Source: a virus (Duplodnaviria; Caudoviricetes). Taken from it: a DNA stretch of 64,000 nucleotides. Positions 1 to 10,469 of the stretch are shown here, one piece after another. Position 1 is the stretch's first letter; the number at the start of each line of letters is the position of its first letter. Below the pieces are notes generated by a model, which was given only the letters and a program-made list of their open reading frames with translations, was not told the DNA's origin and ran no database searches. Location of the stretch: the IMG/VR virus record IMGVR_UViG_3300025724_000001, positions 32,001 to 96,000 of that record, one strand, 5' to 3'. Made by a program: the position numbers and the translations under genes.

Positions 1-1
1 A

Positions 2-625
2 CCTGGAATTACTAAGAATATTACGACTGCCGAAGGTACGTTTACAAGCTCGGTTGATAATATAATAATACAAGGTGAAAAACAAGTAATTCGTGTTGGA
101 TATACGTCATATGGAATACCATATAATGGATATAAAAAAGAAATTGATGATGATATACAATTAGTTGTATATGGTGGTAGTGAATGGTTAAGGGTTAGGG
201 TTGTTGAAATGGGAGGAAAAAATTATCCTATTGATGATAATATAGATATGAGTATTATTTCAAGTCTTACCACACCCATAGTTAATACTCCTCGAATTGT
301 TAAATGGAATGAGCTTAAAGAACGAACAAAAGTGGACGATTTTTATGTGACTAGATTTGATCGTAATTTAATATCTGACAACACAATTGTTTCAAAATTT
401 AAAAACACCGAGTTTTTACGTCCAAAACAAAGAAATTTAACATCGGATAAGACATTCACACTTATAACTAATATAATTATGGAATCAGGAAATGGTGTTT
501 ATAATGGACCTGTTAGTGTTGGTCCACCCAAATTGAAGGGGGGGTATGGTATTGGAATGTCGTGGTCATTAATGAAAAAACTAGATTTGTGGGATGGTGA
601 CGTTGTATATTTTAGAATGAGATAG
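2..625 (+). CDS. Hypothetical protein, 5'-truncated (C-terminal part of a gene starting before the window)
   Basis: Frame of ORF 209..625 is open back to position 2 (PGITKNITTAEGTF...); ends TAG. Confidence 0.75.
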   Translation, partial: PGITKNITTAEGTFTSSVDNIIIQGEKQVIRVGYTSYGIPYNGYKKEIDDDIQLVVYGGSEWLRVRVVEMGGKNYPIDDNIDMSIISSLTTPIVNTPRIVKWNELKERTKVDDFYVTRFDRNLISDNTIVSKFKNTEFLRPKQRNLTSDKTFTLITNIIMESGNGVYNGPVSVGPPKLKGGYGIGMSWSLMKKLDLWDGDVVYFRMR

Positions 626-644
626 AAATTACCAAAATAACTGA

Positions 645-652
645 TATTTATA
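645..652 (+). promoter_or_regulatory. Putative late promoter TATTTATA
   Basis: Same motif precedes many structural-type genes; 14 nt upstream of ATG 667. Confidence 0.55.
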
Positions 653-666
653 TAGAAATTAAAACT

Positions 667-867
667 ATGGAAGATACAACTAAACTTTTGGATGATTTCC
701 TGGCAGGACCAACGGTTGTGAAAAAGACATCATTAGACGGAAAAGAGGAAGAAGTTTGTGATTTAGAGACTGGTGAGTGTTATATTATCAGAACGCGAGA
801 TGGTATAGTTGAAAGAATAAATAAAAAATTTATTACCGAAGATGGTAGACAATTATTAATGGATTAA
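667..867 (+). CDS. Small hypothetical protein (66 aa)
   Basis: Clean ORF with A-rich leader, fits operon spacing. Confidence 0.75.
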   Translation: MEDTTKLLDDFLAGPTVVKKTSLDGKEEEVCDLETGECYIIRTRDGIVERINKKFITEDGRQLLMD

Positions 868-879
868 ATATAAAATAAA

Positions 880-1575
880 ATGGATGCTTTACAAGAAGAA
901 TTAAAAAGATTTAACGCCATATATAAATATGGTAAAACTTTCATTACTGAACAAGAACCACCATTACCTCAAGCTGGTGGTACACCAACTCCACCACCTG
1001 CAGGTGCAGATGCGGCACCGGCGGATCCAATGGCGACAGATCCTGGTGCAGCGGGATTAAGTCCTGAAACGGAACCACCGGCTGATGCTGAAGAATTTGA
1101 TCCGGAAGCTGGTGCGGAGATTAATCCTGAAACAGAGAGTGATGATACAACAGAAGAAATAGATATTACTGATCTGGTTAATATGACAAAAAGTATAAAA
1201 AAACAGCTTGATAACACTCAAAGTCAAGAAAATACCGAGGTCACGCAAAAAATGGGTGATGTATTCACAAAACTTGGTGAACTTGAAGGAAAATTAGCTG
1301 AGATGGATAATATTATTTCAAAAATAGATCAATTGGGTTCAAAAATTGAAGAAATGAGGCCAAAAACGCCAGTTGAAAAATTGGAAATGAGGTCTTTAGA
1401 TTCTTATCCATTTAATGTTAAACCGGATCAATTTTTTGATGAAAAACAATATGAAATGAAAACATCAGGAAAAAACGAATATGTTTTAACAAAAGGTGAT
1501 GTTGAAAATTATGGGAAAAATGAGATAATGAAATCGTTCAATCCAAAGTCTTATGAAGATACATATGGGATTTAA
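880..1575 (+). CDS. Acidic Pro-rich/coiled-coil protein, possible internal head or scaffold protein
   Basis: N-terminal LQEELKRF...ITEQ motif, PA-rich low-complexity tract, coiled coil. Confidence 0.55.
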   Translation: MDALQEELKRFNAIYKYGKTFITEQEPPLPQAGGTPTPPPAGADAAPADPMATDPGAAGLSPETEPPADAEEFDPEAGAEINPETESDDTTEEIDITDLVNMTKSIKKQLDNTQSQENTEVTQKMGDVFTKLGELEGKLAEMDNIISKIDQLGSKIEEMRPKTPVEKLEMRSLDSYPFNVKPDQFFDEKQYEMKTSGKNEYVLTKGDVENYGKNEIMKSFNPKSYEDTYGI

Positions 1576-1597
1576 AATATATATTTTCGAACGAATT

Positions 1598-1629
1598 AAA
1601 GCCTGACTTTGAAATCAGGCTTTTTTTTT
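1598..1629 (+). terminator. Intrinsic terminator
   Basis: AAAGCCTGA-ctttgaaa-TCAGGCTTT followed by a T run. Confidence 0.85.
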
Positions 1630-1735
1630 GTATATTTTATTTTGAGATGAATACGCTTTATATTTTGAAAATTGAAAATTATTATTTATATTTTACATAA
1701 TTAACATTATTTACAAACAAATTAATTTAAGATTT

Positions 1736-2569
1736 ATGAGTGTTATTGAAGCAGTACAAGCACAGTACGAAAGAAGTAGAGCCGCAAGCGGCAGCAAATT
1801 TGCCTCGCAGGAGGAACGGATGAAAAAGTATTTCACGACAGTAATACCCAAAGGGTCTTCTAGTCAGGAAAAACGTATCAGGATTCTACCTACTAGTGAT
1901 GGTTCATCACCGTTTGTAGAAGTTTATTTCCACGAAGTTCAGGTGGATGGAAAATGGGTTAAACTCTATGACCCCAGACAAGAAGGTAAACGATCACCAT
2001 TAAATGAAGTAAAAGAAAGTCTCGAAGCGACAGGATTAGATTCTGACAAAGAGTTATCAAAAACTTATCGTGCACGTAAGTTTTATATCGTTAAAGTTAT
2101 TGATCGAGAAAATGAACAAGACGGACCTAAGTTTTGGAGATTTAAACACAACTCCAAAGGTGAAGGTATTTTTGATAAGATTTTTCCTATTTTTAAAAAT
2201 AGGGGTGATATTACCGACATAACAAAGGGTAGGGATATAACTCTCTCGTTATCACTCACGAAGTCTGCAACAGGAAGAGAATATACTCAAGTTAGTTCAA
2301 TTCTTCCTGAAGATCCGAGTCCGTTAAGTACGGATGCGGAACAGCTTAATGCGTGGGTTACGGATACACTTGTGTGGTCGGATGTTTATTCAAAGAAACC
2401 AGAGGAATATCTTGAAATGGTTGCTAATGGAGAAACACCAAAATGGGATAGTACTCTTAATAAGTGGATATCTTCAGTACATTCCGAATCAACAATTAGT
2501 GATGATGAAGAAATTGATGATCCTCAAATAGATGAAGAACCATCCGACGTTGACGATCTACCATTTTAA
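1736..2569 (+). CDS. T4 gp32-like single-stranded DNA-binding protein
   Basis: IRILP...PFVEVYFH, GRDITL motifs; acidic tail ending DDLPF; sits next to recA. Confidence 0.85.
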   Translation: MSVIEAVQAQYERSRAASGSKFASQEERMKKYFTTVIPKGSSSQEKRIRILPTSDGSSPFVEVYFHEVQVDGKWVKLYDPRQEGKRSPLNEVKESLEATGLDSDKELSKTYRARKFYIVKVIDRENEQDGPKFWRFKHNSKGEGIFDKIFPIFKNRGDITDITKGRDITLSLSLTKSATGREYTQVSSILPEDPSPLSTDAEQLNAWVTDTLVWSDVYSKKPEEYLEMVANGETPKWDSTLNKWISSVHSESTISDDEEIDDPQIDEEPSDVDDLPF

Positions 2570-2582
2570 TTAACATTTGTAG

Positions 2583-2621
2583 AATCTTCCCGTTTCAATA
2601 TTGGGGCGGGAAGATTTTTTT
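2583..2621 (+). terminator. Intrinsic terminator/attenuator after SSB
   Basis: AATCTTCCCGTTTC...GGGGCGGGAAGATT stem followed by a T run. Confidence 0.8.
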
Positions 2622-2633
2622 AACTAAAAAAAC

Positions 2634-3650
2634 ATGGCGATTAAAAAAGTTGATTTTTCTGCAATAAAAAAAGAGTTTTCACAGGTTGCGGCTTATAAAC
2701 CTGAAAGATATTTTGATTTAGGGGATGCTTTTACGGATGCTTGTGGTCTTCCCGGACCGGCAATGGGACATTTAAATATGTTTCTTGGACATACTGATAC
2801 AGGTAAAACTACAGCATTGATAAAAACAGCAATTGATGCTCAGAGAAAAGGGATATTACCTGTTTTTGTTATTACAGAACAGAAATGGGGTTTTGAACAC
2901 GCTAAACTTATGGGTCTTGAGTGTGAAAAAACCATTAATTCAGAAACAAATGAAACAACATGGGATGGGTTTTTTCTATTCAACAACCATTTTGAATATA
3001 TCGAACAAATTACGGATTACATTAATGACTTACTGGACGCACAAGATAAAGGTAAAATACCATATGATCTTTGTTTTTTATGGGATTCTATTGGCTCTGT
3101 TCCATGTAAAATGACTTGGGAAGGTAAAGGTGGAAAACAACATAATGCGTCTGTTTTGTCAGACAAAATAGGCATGGGATTAAACCAGAGGATAACTGGT
3201 TCACGTAGAATTGATAAAAAGCACACTAACACTATGGTTGTGTGTAATCAGCCTTGGGTAGAATTACCAGACAACCCATTTGGTCAGCCGAGAATTAAGG
3301 CTAAAGGTGGTGAAGCAGTTTGGCTTAATTCAAGTTTGGTTTTTTTATTTGGTAACCAAAAAAATGGTGGTATTACAAAAATTTCTATAACTAAAGGTGG
3401 AAGAACAATTAAAATTGCAACCAGAACAAAAGTTGGAATTTTAAAAAATCATATAAGTGGGTCGGGATATGAGGATGGTAAAATTATGATTACTGCTCAT
3501 GATTTTATGAGATGTAAAACAAAGGAAGAGGAAAAGAAATCTCGTGAAGAATATGTAAAAAATTATGGAACATATATAAGCGAGTTATTGGGGGTTAATG
3601 TTTCGGGTTTATCAGATGTCGAAATTTATGAAGAAGATGTAGAGGGATAA
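2634..3650 (+). CDS. recA: RecA/UvsX-like recombinase
   Basis: Walker A GHTDTGKT, Walker B FLWDS, NQ motif, KGGEA, KNH. Confidence 0.9.
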   Translation: MAIKKVDFSAIKKEFSQVAAYKPERYFDLGDAFTDACGLPGPAMGHLNMFLGHTDTGKTTALIKTAIDAQRKGILPVFVITEQKWGFEHAKLMGLECEKTINSETNETTWDGFFLFNNHFEYIEQITDYINDLLDAQDKGKIPYDLCFLWDSIGSVPCKMTWEGKGGKQHNASVLSDKIGMGLNQRITGSRRIDKKHTNTMVVCNQPWVELPDNPFGQPRIKAKGGEAVWLNSSLVFLFGNQKNGGITKISITKGGRTIKIATRTKVGILKNHISGSGYEDGKIMITAHDFMRCKTKEEEKKSREEYVKNYGTYISELLGVNVSGLSDVEIYEEDVEG

Positions 3651-3666
3651 TTTAAATTAATGGTGA

Positions 3667-4683
3667 ATGCCAACTTTAATTGTTGATGGTGATAATTTAT
3701 TAACCATTGGATTTTACGGACTTAAGAATTATTTTTATAAAGGTTCACATATTGGGGGGATATTTCATTTTCTAAACACACTTAGATTGTCGTTTGAAAC
3801 ATATCGTCTTGATAAAATAGTGGTGTTTTGGGATGGAGAAGATGCTGCCAGATCTAGAAAACGGATATATCATCATTATAAAGAAAATCGTCAAAATAGG
3901 TTTAAAACAGAAGAAGAAAATAATTCTTATGAATACCAGAGAAATCGTGTAAAACAATATCTAGAAGAAGTTTATGTGAGACAGGGTGAATTTTCTAATT
4001 GTGAAACTGATGATTGTGTTGCATATTATGTTCAAAATTCACCCGAAGAGAAAAAAATTATATATTCATCAGATGGTGATCTTACACAGTTAGTTTCGAA
4101 AGACACACAACTTTATAACCCATCACACAGGAAATTATATAAGCCAAAAGATACATTTGTTTATAATCAGGAAAAATTGCTGATTGAAAACATTAAGATA
4201 GTTAAAATGTTATGTGGTGATCCTTCAGATAATATTGCGGGTATAAGAAGTCTAGGTATTAAACGACTTTTGTCTTTATTTCCAGAAATCTCTAGTCAAC
4301 CACTTACTCTGGATTATGTGAAAAATAAAGCAAATTATCTTTTTGAACAAGATAAAGAGGACAAACTTATTCAAAATTTATTGACTGGGGTTACAAAATA
4401 CGGGGTTTTTGGTGAAGAGTTTTTTCAGATAAATAATAGTATTGTGAATTTGGAAAATCCAATTTTAACGGAAGAAGCTAAAGTTGGGATAATTGCGTTG
4501 ATAAATGAAAATTTGGACAGTGAAGGAAGGTCATATAAAAATACGATGAGAATGATGATGGAAGATGGTTTATTTCATGTTTTACCAAAATCAGATGACG
4601 CATGGATTAGATTTCTCAATCCTTTTCTTAGGCTTACAAGAAAGGAAAAAAATAAAAAATTTATAAAATTTAAAAATAAATGA
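3667..4683 (+). CDS. 5'-3' exonuclease / flap endonuclease (PolA N-terminal / T4 RNase H family)
   Basis: LIVDG, YKENR, ETDD, SSDGDLTQL, GDPSDNIAGI motifs. Confidence 0.9.
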   Translation: MPTLIVDGDNLLTIGFYGLKNYFYKGSHIGGIFHFLNTLRLSFETYRLDKIVVFWDGEDAARSRKRIYHHYKENRQNRFKTEEENNSYEYQRNRVKQYLEEVYVRQGEFSNCETDDCVAYYVQNSPEEKKIIYSSDGDLTQLVSKDTQLYNPSHRKLYKPKDTFVYNQEKLLIENIKIVKMLCGDPSDNIAGIRSLGIKRLLSLFPEISSQPLTLDYVKNKANYLFEQDKEDKLIQNLLTGVTKYGVFGEEFFQINNSIVNLENPILTEEAKVGIIALINENLDSEGRSYKNTMRMMMEDGLFHVLPKSDDAWIRFLNPFLRLTRKEKNKKFIKFKNK

Positions 4684-5126
4684 ATATGCAAATTCAAGAT
4701 GTAAATAGGTTTGAATTTCTCTTAACATTAGAGAATAATATTGTTATACAGAGGTTTTTTAACGTACCTAATTATGGTTCTAAATCTTTAGTGGGGCTGG
4801 AATTGTATGAGTGTGTTAGAGATATATGTAATGAAATTGCTATGGACTTGAAATGGAAGACGTTAGACTATCTGAATGATAATGCGGATTATTTTTTTGA
4901 CATGGAACCAAGTGAGGCAATAAAAGAAAAAGAAGAGTGGTTTTCATTAAGTATAAAACTAGGTGAGAAGGTATTTATAACTAGAATATTTCCGGCTCAT
5001 GTTTACCATCCAAAGGTAAGATATGCTGTTGACATCAGACCTAAAGTTAGAAAATTTTTAACCGATTTGACGAATGTATTATCGTCTAGTGAGGTGACTA
5101 CCGAATATTTGGAAACTGAGTTGTGA
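4680..5126 (+). CDS. Hypothetical protein in replication operon
   Basis: ATGA overlap with the exonuclease stop. Confidence 0.75.
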   Translation: MNMQIQDVNRFEFLLTLENNIVIQRFFNVPNYGSKSLVGLELYECVRDICNEIAMDLKWKTLDYLNDNADYFFDMEPSEAIKEKEEWFSLSIKLGEKVFITRIFPAHVYHPKVRYAVDIRPKVRKFLTDLTNVLSSSEVTTEYLETEL

Positions 5127-5144
5127 AAAATGATTTAATTAAAA

Positions 5145-6863
5145 ATGAACGAAAAGAATTTTGGATATTTGGGGTCTGGTTTTCAACAATCACTATTAAA
5201 AACCATAATTGAAGATAAAAGATTTGCCATAACGATAATTGATGTTATTGAAAGCAAGTATTTTGATGGGCCATATTTTAGGTATATAATGGAAAATATC
5301 AAAGAATTATATGAAACCTTTGGTAGTATACCTAATTATGAAACGTTAACACAAAAAATACTGGCAGAAAACAATAATGTATCGTCAAAGGTACATATTG
5401 ATACAATAAATGCTATCAAGGATAAAGAGTTAGACAATGATGGTGGTTATGTTAAAAAGATTGCATTAAATTTTTGTCGTCAACAAGTTTTGAAAGCGTC
5501 TTTAAAAGAAGCTGAAGAAATTATGAGTAGTGGTGATTTTGAAAATTATGATAAAATTGAAAGTAAGATTCAGGACGCATTACAAGTAGGTACATTTGTT
5601 GATGATATAGAAGATATTACCGAAAATATTTTAAGTTCATTAGAAGAGGATTCGAGGATACCGTTTAGTACTGGTATTAAAGGTATTGACGATGCATTGA
5701 GAGGTGGTGTTGCTCGTGGGGAACTAGCCGTGTTTCTTGCACCAACAGGTATTGGCAAAACAACATGGTTAACGAAAATGGCAAATTCGGCATATGAAAA
5801 TGGTGCTAATGTTTTACAAATATTCTTTGAAGATGGTATGAGTGAAATTCGTCGAAAACATTATACAATATGGACGGGTATTCCATCGCATGAACAACCG
5901 GAACGAAAGTATGAGGTGAAAGAAAAAGTCGAAAACGTAATTTCCAAACGCACTAATTTTTTAAAACTTATTAAATATCCGTCAGGTAAAATAACAATAA
6001 ATGACATAAGAAATAAGATTAGAAAGTTAGAATCTGAGGGTTTAAAACTTGATTTTTTAGTTCTTGATTATATTGATTGTATTGCCGGTGATGGGATAAT
6101 AAGTGGCGAGGAATGGAAGGGCGAAGGCGCAATTATGAGAGCTTTAGAATCAATGACAGGTGAGTTTAATATTGCTATTTGGACAGCAACACAGGGGAAT
6201 AGATTTAGTATTAGCTCTGATGTTGTTACAACCGATCAAATGGGGGGATCGATTAAAAAAGGCCAAGTTGGTCATATAGTTATATCTGCAGCAAAAACAT
6301 TGGAACAGAAAGAAAATAATCTTGCCAATGTGACATTATTAAAATCTCGTATTGGTAAAGATGGTATCGTTTTTCAAAATTGTAAATTTAATAATGAATA
6401 TTTGGAATTCGATACTGATACACAAAACACAATACTTGGACATCAGGAAGATAGAGCTGAGGCCAGAAAATTACGAGCCTCAACAGTTTATAAACAAGGA
6501 AAGAAGGAGAAAGAAGAAGAGGATATTGGTAAAGTTCAAGATGGGGGTAGATCTAGAATTGAAGCTGCAATTAGTAATTCACCTATTGTAGTAGAAAATC
6601 TTTTAAATGAATTACAAAATCTAGATGATATGACAGTTGGTGATGTAAAATTTAATCCTGCGAATGAAATAAAAGAAGATATTATTGATATAATAGATGA
6701 ATCTAATGATATACATGAAACTGTTTATGAGTCTTTTGATAACACAATAACAGATACTATGGTTGAAGCTAAAATAGAAACAAAACTTACACCAACCAAA
6801 ACTGTTTTTACTCAAGAAGATATAAATCGAAGACTAAGAGCATTAAAAAAAATGAATAAATAA
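5145..6863 (+). CDS. DnaB-like / T4 gp41-like replicative helicase with acidic C-terminal extension
   Basis: APTGIGKT Walker A, LVLDYID Walker B, TATQGNR, KSRIG arginine finger. Confidence 0.9.
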   Translation: MNEKNFGYLGSGFQQSLLKTIIEDKRFAITIIDVIESKYFDGPYFRYIMENIKELYETFGSIPNYETLTQKILAENNNVSSKVHIDTINAIKDKELDNDGGYVKKIALNFCRQQVLKASLKEAEEIMSSGDFENYDKIESKIQDALQVGTFVDDIEDITENILSSLEEDSRIPFSTGIKGIDDALRGGVARGELAVFLAPTGIGKTTWLTKMANSAYENGANVLQIFFEDGMSEIRRKHYTIWTGIPSHEQPERKYEVKEKVENVISKRTNFLKLIKYPSGKITINDIRNKIRKLESEGLKLDFLVLDYIDCIAGDGIISGEEWKGEGAIMRALESMTGEFNIAIWTATQGNRFSISSDVVTTDQMGGSIKKGQVGHIVISAAKTLEQKENNLANVTLLKSRIGKDGIVFQNCKFNNEYLEFDTDTQNTILGHQEDRAEARKLRASTVYKQGKKEKEEEDIGKVQDGGRSRIEAAISNSPIVVENLLNELQNLDDMTVGDVKFNPANEIKEDIIDIIDESNDIHETVYESFDNTITDTMVEAKIETKLTPTKTVFTQEDINRRLRALKKMNK

Positions 6864-6883
6864 TTAAAAATTAATGATATAAT

Positions 6884-9523
6884 ATGGCGGATAAAACGTT
6901 AAAAATCTACACTAAAGAAGAAGTCCAAAAAGCAACCTTAGAATATTTTAAGGGTGATGAATTAGCAACAGATGTTTGGATTAAGAAGTATTGTTTAAAA
7001 GATGAAAATAATTATTATGAATTAACACCGGATGACATGCATCGAAGAATCGCAAAAGAACTTGCGAGAATCGAAAAAAAATATCCAAATCCAATTTCAG
7101 AAGATGAAATTTATGAAACACTTAAAGAATTTAAAAGAATCATACCACAAGGATCACCAATGTCAGGTATTGGTAATGATTTTCAAGTTATTTCATTATC
7201 AAACTGTTATGTGATCGGCAATAAAGGAACAAGTGATAGTTATGGTGGTATTCTTAAAATTGACCAAGAGCAAATTCAATTAATGAAACGTAGGGGTGGT
7301 GTTGGTCATGATTTATCTCATATTCGTCCTGCAGGAAGTCCTGTTAAAAATTCTGCAATAACGAGTACGGGTATTGTTCCTTTCATGGAACGGTATTCAA
7401 ACAGTACAAAAGAGGTTGCTCAGGATGGTAGGCGTGGGGCACTTATGTTGAGTATATCTATTGAACATCCTGATGCTGAAAAATTTATTGATGCTAAGCT
7501 TGAACAAGGTAAAGTTACGGGGGCGAATATTTCGGTTAAGCTTACTGATGAATTTATGCGACGTGCTACGCAACTTGAAGATAATGAGTTTTGGCAAACA
7601 TATCCTATTGATTTAAAAATTCCATTGGGTGAAGAATATGATAAATTAATTATTAATGCAAAAGAAGGTGATTTAATATATCTACCGGATGTAGGATATT
7701 TGAAAAAAATTAATGCAAAAAAATTATGGAAAAAGATTATTCATAATGCGTGGAAGTCGGCTGAACCCGGTATTCTTTTTTGGGATAAAATTATTGGTGA
7801 AAGTATTCCTGATTGCTATGCTGATGAAGGGTTTACAACTGTTAGTACAAATCCGTGTGCCGAGTTACCCCTTTGTCCCTATGATAGTTGCAGGTTATTT
7901 GCTATTAATCTTTATGGTTATGTGGTAAATCCATTTACAAAAGATGCTCATTTTAATTGGGAATTATTTAAATCCGATGTTCAAATAGCTCAAAGGTATA
8001 TGGATGACATAGTTGATCTTGAACTTGAAAAAATTGATGCAATTTTAAGAAAAATTGATTCCGATCCAGAGGATGATTTTATAAAAATTTATGAAAGAAG
8101 ATTATGGGAAAATATAAAAGATATGGCATCAAAGGGTCGTAGGACTGGTCTTGGTATAACCGCAGAAGGTGACATGTTGGCCGCATTAGGACTAACTTAT
8201 GGAACAGATAAAGCGATTGAGTTTAGTGAAAATGTTCATAGGTTATTAAAACTCATGGCATATCGTTCAAGTACTGTAATGTCGTTAGAACGTGGGTCAT
8301 TTCCAATTTATAATAAAAAGAACGAAATGAACAATCCTTTCATTAATAGGATAAGAGAAGAAGATAAACAGTTATATGATGATATGATTGCTCATGGTCG
8401 TAGAAACATTGCACTTTTAACGATTGCACCAACTGGAAGTGTTTCAATTATGTCTCAGACAACATCGGGTATTGAACCGGCTTTTGAGGTGTTTTATAAA
8501 CGTAGGCGTAAAATTAATGCTCAAGAAAAAGACATTCGAATTGATTTTGTTGATGATGAGGGTGTTGCCTGGCAGGAGTATCCGGTTTTTCATCATAAAT
8601 TTGAAACTTGGCTTGAATTGAATGGTTATGATATTGAACAAGTGAAAAATATGTCTGATAATGAACTTAATGAAATACTAAAAAAATCACCATATTATAA
8701 AGCAACAGCAAATGATGTTGATTGGGTTAAAAAAGTTGAAATGCAAGGACGAATACAGCAGCATGTGGATCATTCTATTTCCGTGACAGTTAATCTTCCA
8801 AAAGATATAACTGAAGAAATGGTTGCAAAGGTTTATGAAACAGGATGGAAGAGTGGCTGCAAGGGGCTTACAGTTTATCGTGATGGTAGTCGTAGTGGTG
8901 TTTTGATAAGTTCAGAAAAAAAGACAGAAACACCATATGAAATTCACGTTCCCAAACGTCCAAAGAGATTGAAAGCACACATTCATCGTTTTCAAAATAA
9001 TCTGGAGAAATGGATTGCTGTAGTAGGATTGATGGATGGAAGACCATATGAAATATTTACCGGTAAACTTGAAAATGGACTTAGTTATTTACCTAGTAAT
9101 ATAAAGGAATGTGAAGTTGTAAAAAATAAATTTGAAGTTGAAGAGATCAATGAAGAAGGAAAAACTATAAAGGTCACGAAAAAACGTTATGATATTGAAT
9201 ATATTGATAGTAATAGTGAAAGACAAGTTCATACGGGTTTAAATCAAGCTTTCAATCCTGAATTTTGGAATTATGCCAAGTTAGTATCTGGTGTTTTAAG
9301 ACAACGTATGCCGATTTATTATGTTTGGAATTTGGTGGATTCTCTTAATTTCAGGGAAGATCATATCAACACATGGAAAAATGGGGTTGCGCGTGTGATT
9401 AAAAAATATATAAAAGATGGTGTTGAGGTGAATAAAAAATGCCCTAATTGTGGTAGCAATCATCTTGAATTTAAAGAGGGGTGTTTAACTTGCATGGGAT
9501 GTGGAAATTCAAAATGTGGCTAA
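6884..9523 (+). CDS. nrdJ: Class II (adenosylcobalamin-dependent) ribonucleotide reductase
   Basis: SNCYV, TNPCAE, RRTGLG, TIAPTG, TVYRDGSR; C-terminal CPNC...CMGC...C; no nrdB nearby. Confidence 0.92.
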   Translation: MADKTLKIYTKEEVQKATLEYFKGDELATDVWIKKYCLKDENNYYELTPDDMHRRIAKELARIEKKYPNPISEDEIYETLKEFKRIIPQGSPMSGIGNDFQVISLSNCYVIGNKGTSDSYGGILKIDQEQIQLMKRRGGVGHDLSHIRPAGSPVKNSAITSTGIVPFMERYSNSTKEVAQDGRRGALMLSISIEHPDAEKFIDAKLEQGKVTGANISVKLTDEFMRRATQLEDNEFWQTYPIDLKIPLGEEYDKLIINAKEGDLIYLPDVGYLKKINAKKLWKKIIHNAWKSAEPGILFWDKIIGESIPDCYADEGFTTVSTNPCAELPLCPYDSCRLFAINLYGYVVNPFTKDAHFNWELFKSDVQIAQRYMDDIVDLELEKIDAILRKIDSDPEDDFIKIYERRLWENIKDMASKGRRTGLGITAEGDMLAALGLTYGTDKAIEFSENVHRLLKLMAYRSSTVMSLERGSFPIYNKKNEMNNPFINRIREEDKQLYDDMIAHGRRNIALLTIAPTGSVSIMSQTTSGIEPAFEVFYKRRRKINAQEKDIRIDFVDDEGVAWQEYPVFHHKFETWLELNGYDIEQVKNMSDNELNEILKKSPYYKATANDVDWVKKVEMQGRIQQHVDHSISVTVNLPKDITEEMVAKVYETGWKSGCKGLTVYRDGSRSGVLISSEKKTETPYEIHVPKRPKRLKAHIHRFQNNLEKWIAVVGLMDGRPYEIFTGKLENGLSYLPSNIKECEVVKNKFEVEEINEEGKTIKVTKKRYDIEYIDSNSERQVHTGLNQAFNPEFWNYAKLVSGVLRQRMPIYYVWNLVDSLNFREDHINTWKNGVARVIKKYIKDGVEVNKKCPNCGSNHLEFKEGCLTCMGCGNSKCG

Positions 9524-9547
9524 ATTGAATGTCATTTGAAAAAGAAT

Positions 9548-9589
9548 AAAAAAGTTGTTTACTATTACCGAACAACTTTTTTTGTTTTT
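9548..9589 (+). terminator. Intrinsic terminator after nrdJ
   Basis: AAAAAAGTTGTT...AACAACTTTTTT inverted repeat with T-rich tail. Confidence 0.7.
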
Positions 9590-9611
9590 AGTCAAAATTT
9601 TTGGGTTTTTA

Positions 9612-9642
9612 TTTGTTTATTTGAAAAACATTTGTATATTTG
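9612..9642 (+). promoter_or_regulatory. Bacteroidetes-type sigmaA promoter (-33 TTTG / -7 TATATTTG)
   Basis: TTTG 9612-9615, 19-nt spacer, TATATTTG 9635-9642; matches the TTTG-N19-21-TAnnTTTG consensus. Confidence 0.75.
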
Positions 9643-9668
9643 CAATGAATAACTTAAATATTAAAATT

Positions 9669-9887
9669 ATGAATTTAATAGTTTATTTTTTCGTCTCTTA
9701 TTTTGTATGTGTTATTTTGTATTCAGTAATTGCAAGATATACAATATACAAGGGAAATGTGTATGTTAAATTATCCGCCATTGTTAAAGAGGGCGCGGTT
9801 GATTTTGGGAAAATATTCACAGTGATTCTTTCAATTTGTGGTGTCATAATTGGAATAAATTATGTTAGGGTTTTGTGGTTTATATGA
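9669..9887 (+). CDS. Small membrane protein (two hydrophobic segments); true start probably 9669 or 9645, not 9555
   Basis: The TTG start at 9555 lies inside the terminator and upstream of the promoter. Confidence 0.6.
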   Translation: MNLIVYFFVSYFVCVILYSVIARYTIYKGNVYVKLSAIVKEGAVDFGKIFTVILSICGVIIGINYVRVLWFI

Positions 9888-10075
9888 TTGTTTTAGAAAA
9901 TAAAATAGTCAAAATAAACGATATTAATCACTATGAATATAGGGCGGGCTATTTTTTAACATTGGAATTGTTAAAAAAATTAGTCAGAGATTTTCAGATA
10001 GATTGCGTAAATAGTTTTGTTAGTAATGATGAAACATATATTGAACAATGGTTGAAAAATAATAAAATTGAATGA
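9875..10075 (+). CDS. Hypothetical protein (start may be 9884)
   Basis: Overlapping operon-style ORF. Confidence 0.6.
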   Translation: MVYMIVLENKIVKINDINHYEYRAGYFLTLELLKKLVRDFQIDCVNSFVSNDETYIEQWLKNNKIE

Positions 10076-10439
10076 GGATATTGGAATGTCTAATAGAAAC
10101 AAATTAATTCGTGCTATAGAAACTGCTCATCCAAAACTTAAAGAAGAAATTATGTATCATCTTGAAAATGTTGATCATGGACAAGATGAGGGTAAAAACT
10201 TGGATTATGATATAGTTAATGCGTTTGAGGATGCTATGGATACTATAGAAGATAATGATGAGTTTAAGGACTTAATACCACATTTAAAAAATTTATTTAT
10301 TAAAATTGGCTATGCTATTCCAATATCTAAAGAAGTTTTTTCTAGAACAGTAGTAACATCAGGAAAGAAATATTGGTTTAAAAGAAATGGAATTTATTAT
10401 GATGTTGCTGATTCTTGGGAAAATTGGTTGAAACAATAA
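10068..10439 (+). CDS. Hypothetical protein
   Basis: Clean ORF ending just before a terminator. Confidence 0.7.
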   Translation: MNEDIGMSNRNKLIRAIETAHPKLKEEIMYHLENVDHGQDEGKNLDYDIVNAFEDAMDTIEDNDEFKDLIPHLKNLFIKIGYAIPISKEVFSRTVVTSGKKYWFKRNGIYYDVADSWENWLKQ

Positions 10440-10469
10440 GAATAATTCATATATATTACGTTCATTTTG

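Noticed and set aside
7555-7710. Possible intein or intron in nrdJ
   Set aside because: Only a short in-frame loop insertion; no splice-junction or endonuclease motifs.
9555-9668. N-terminal extension of ORF 9555
   Set aside because: Overlaps the terminator and the promoter; the real start is downstream.
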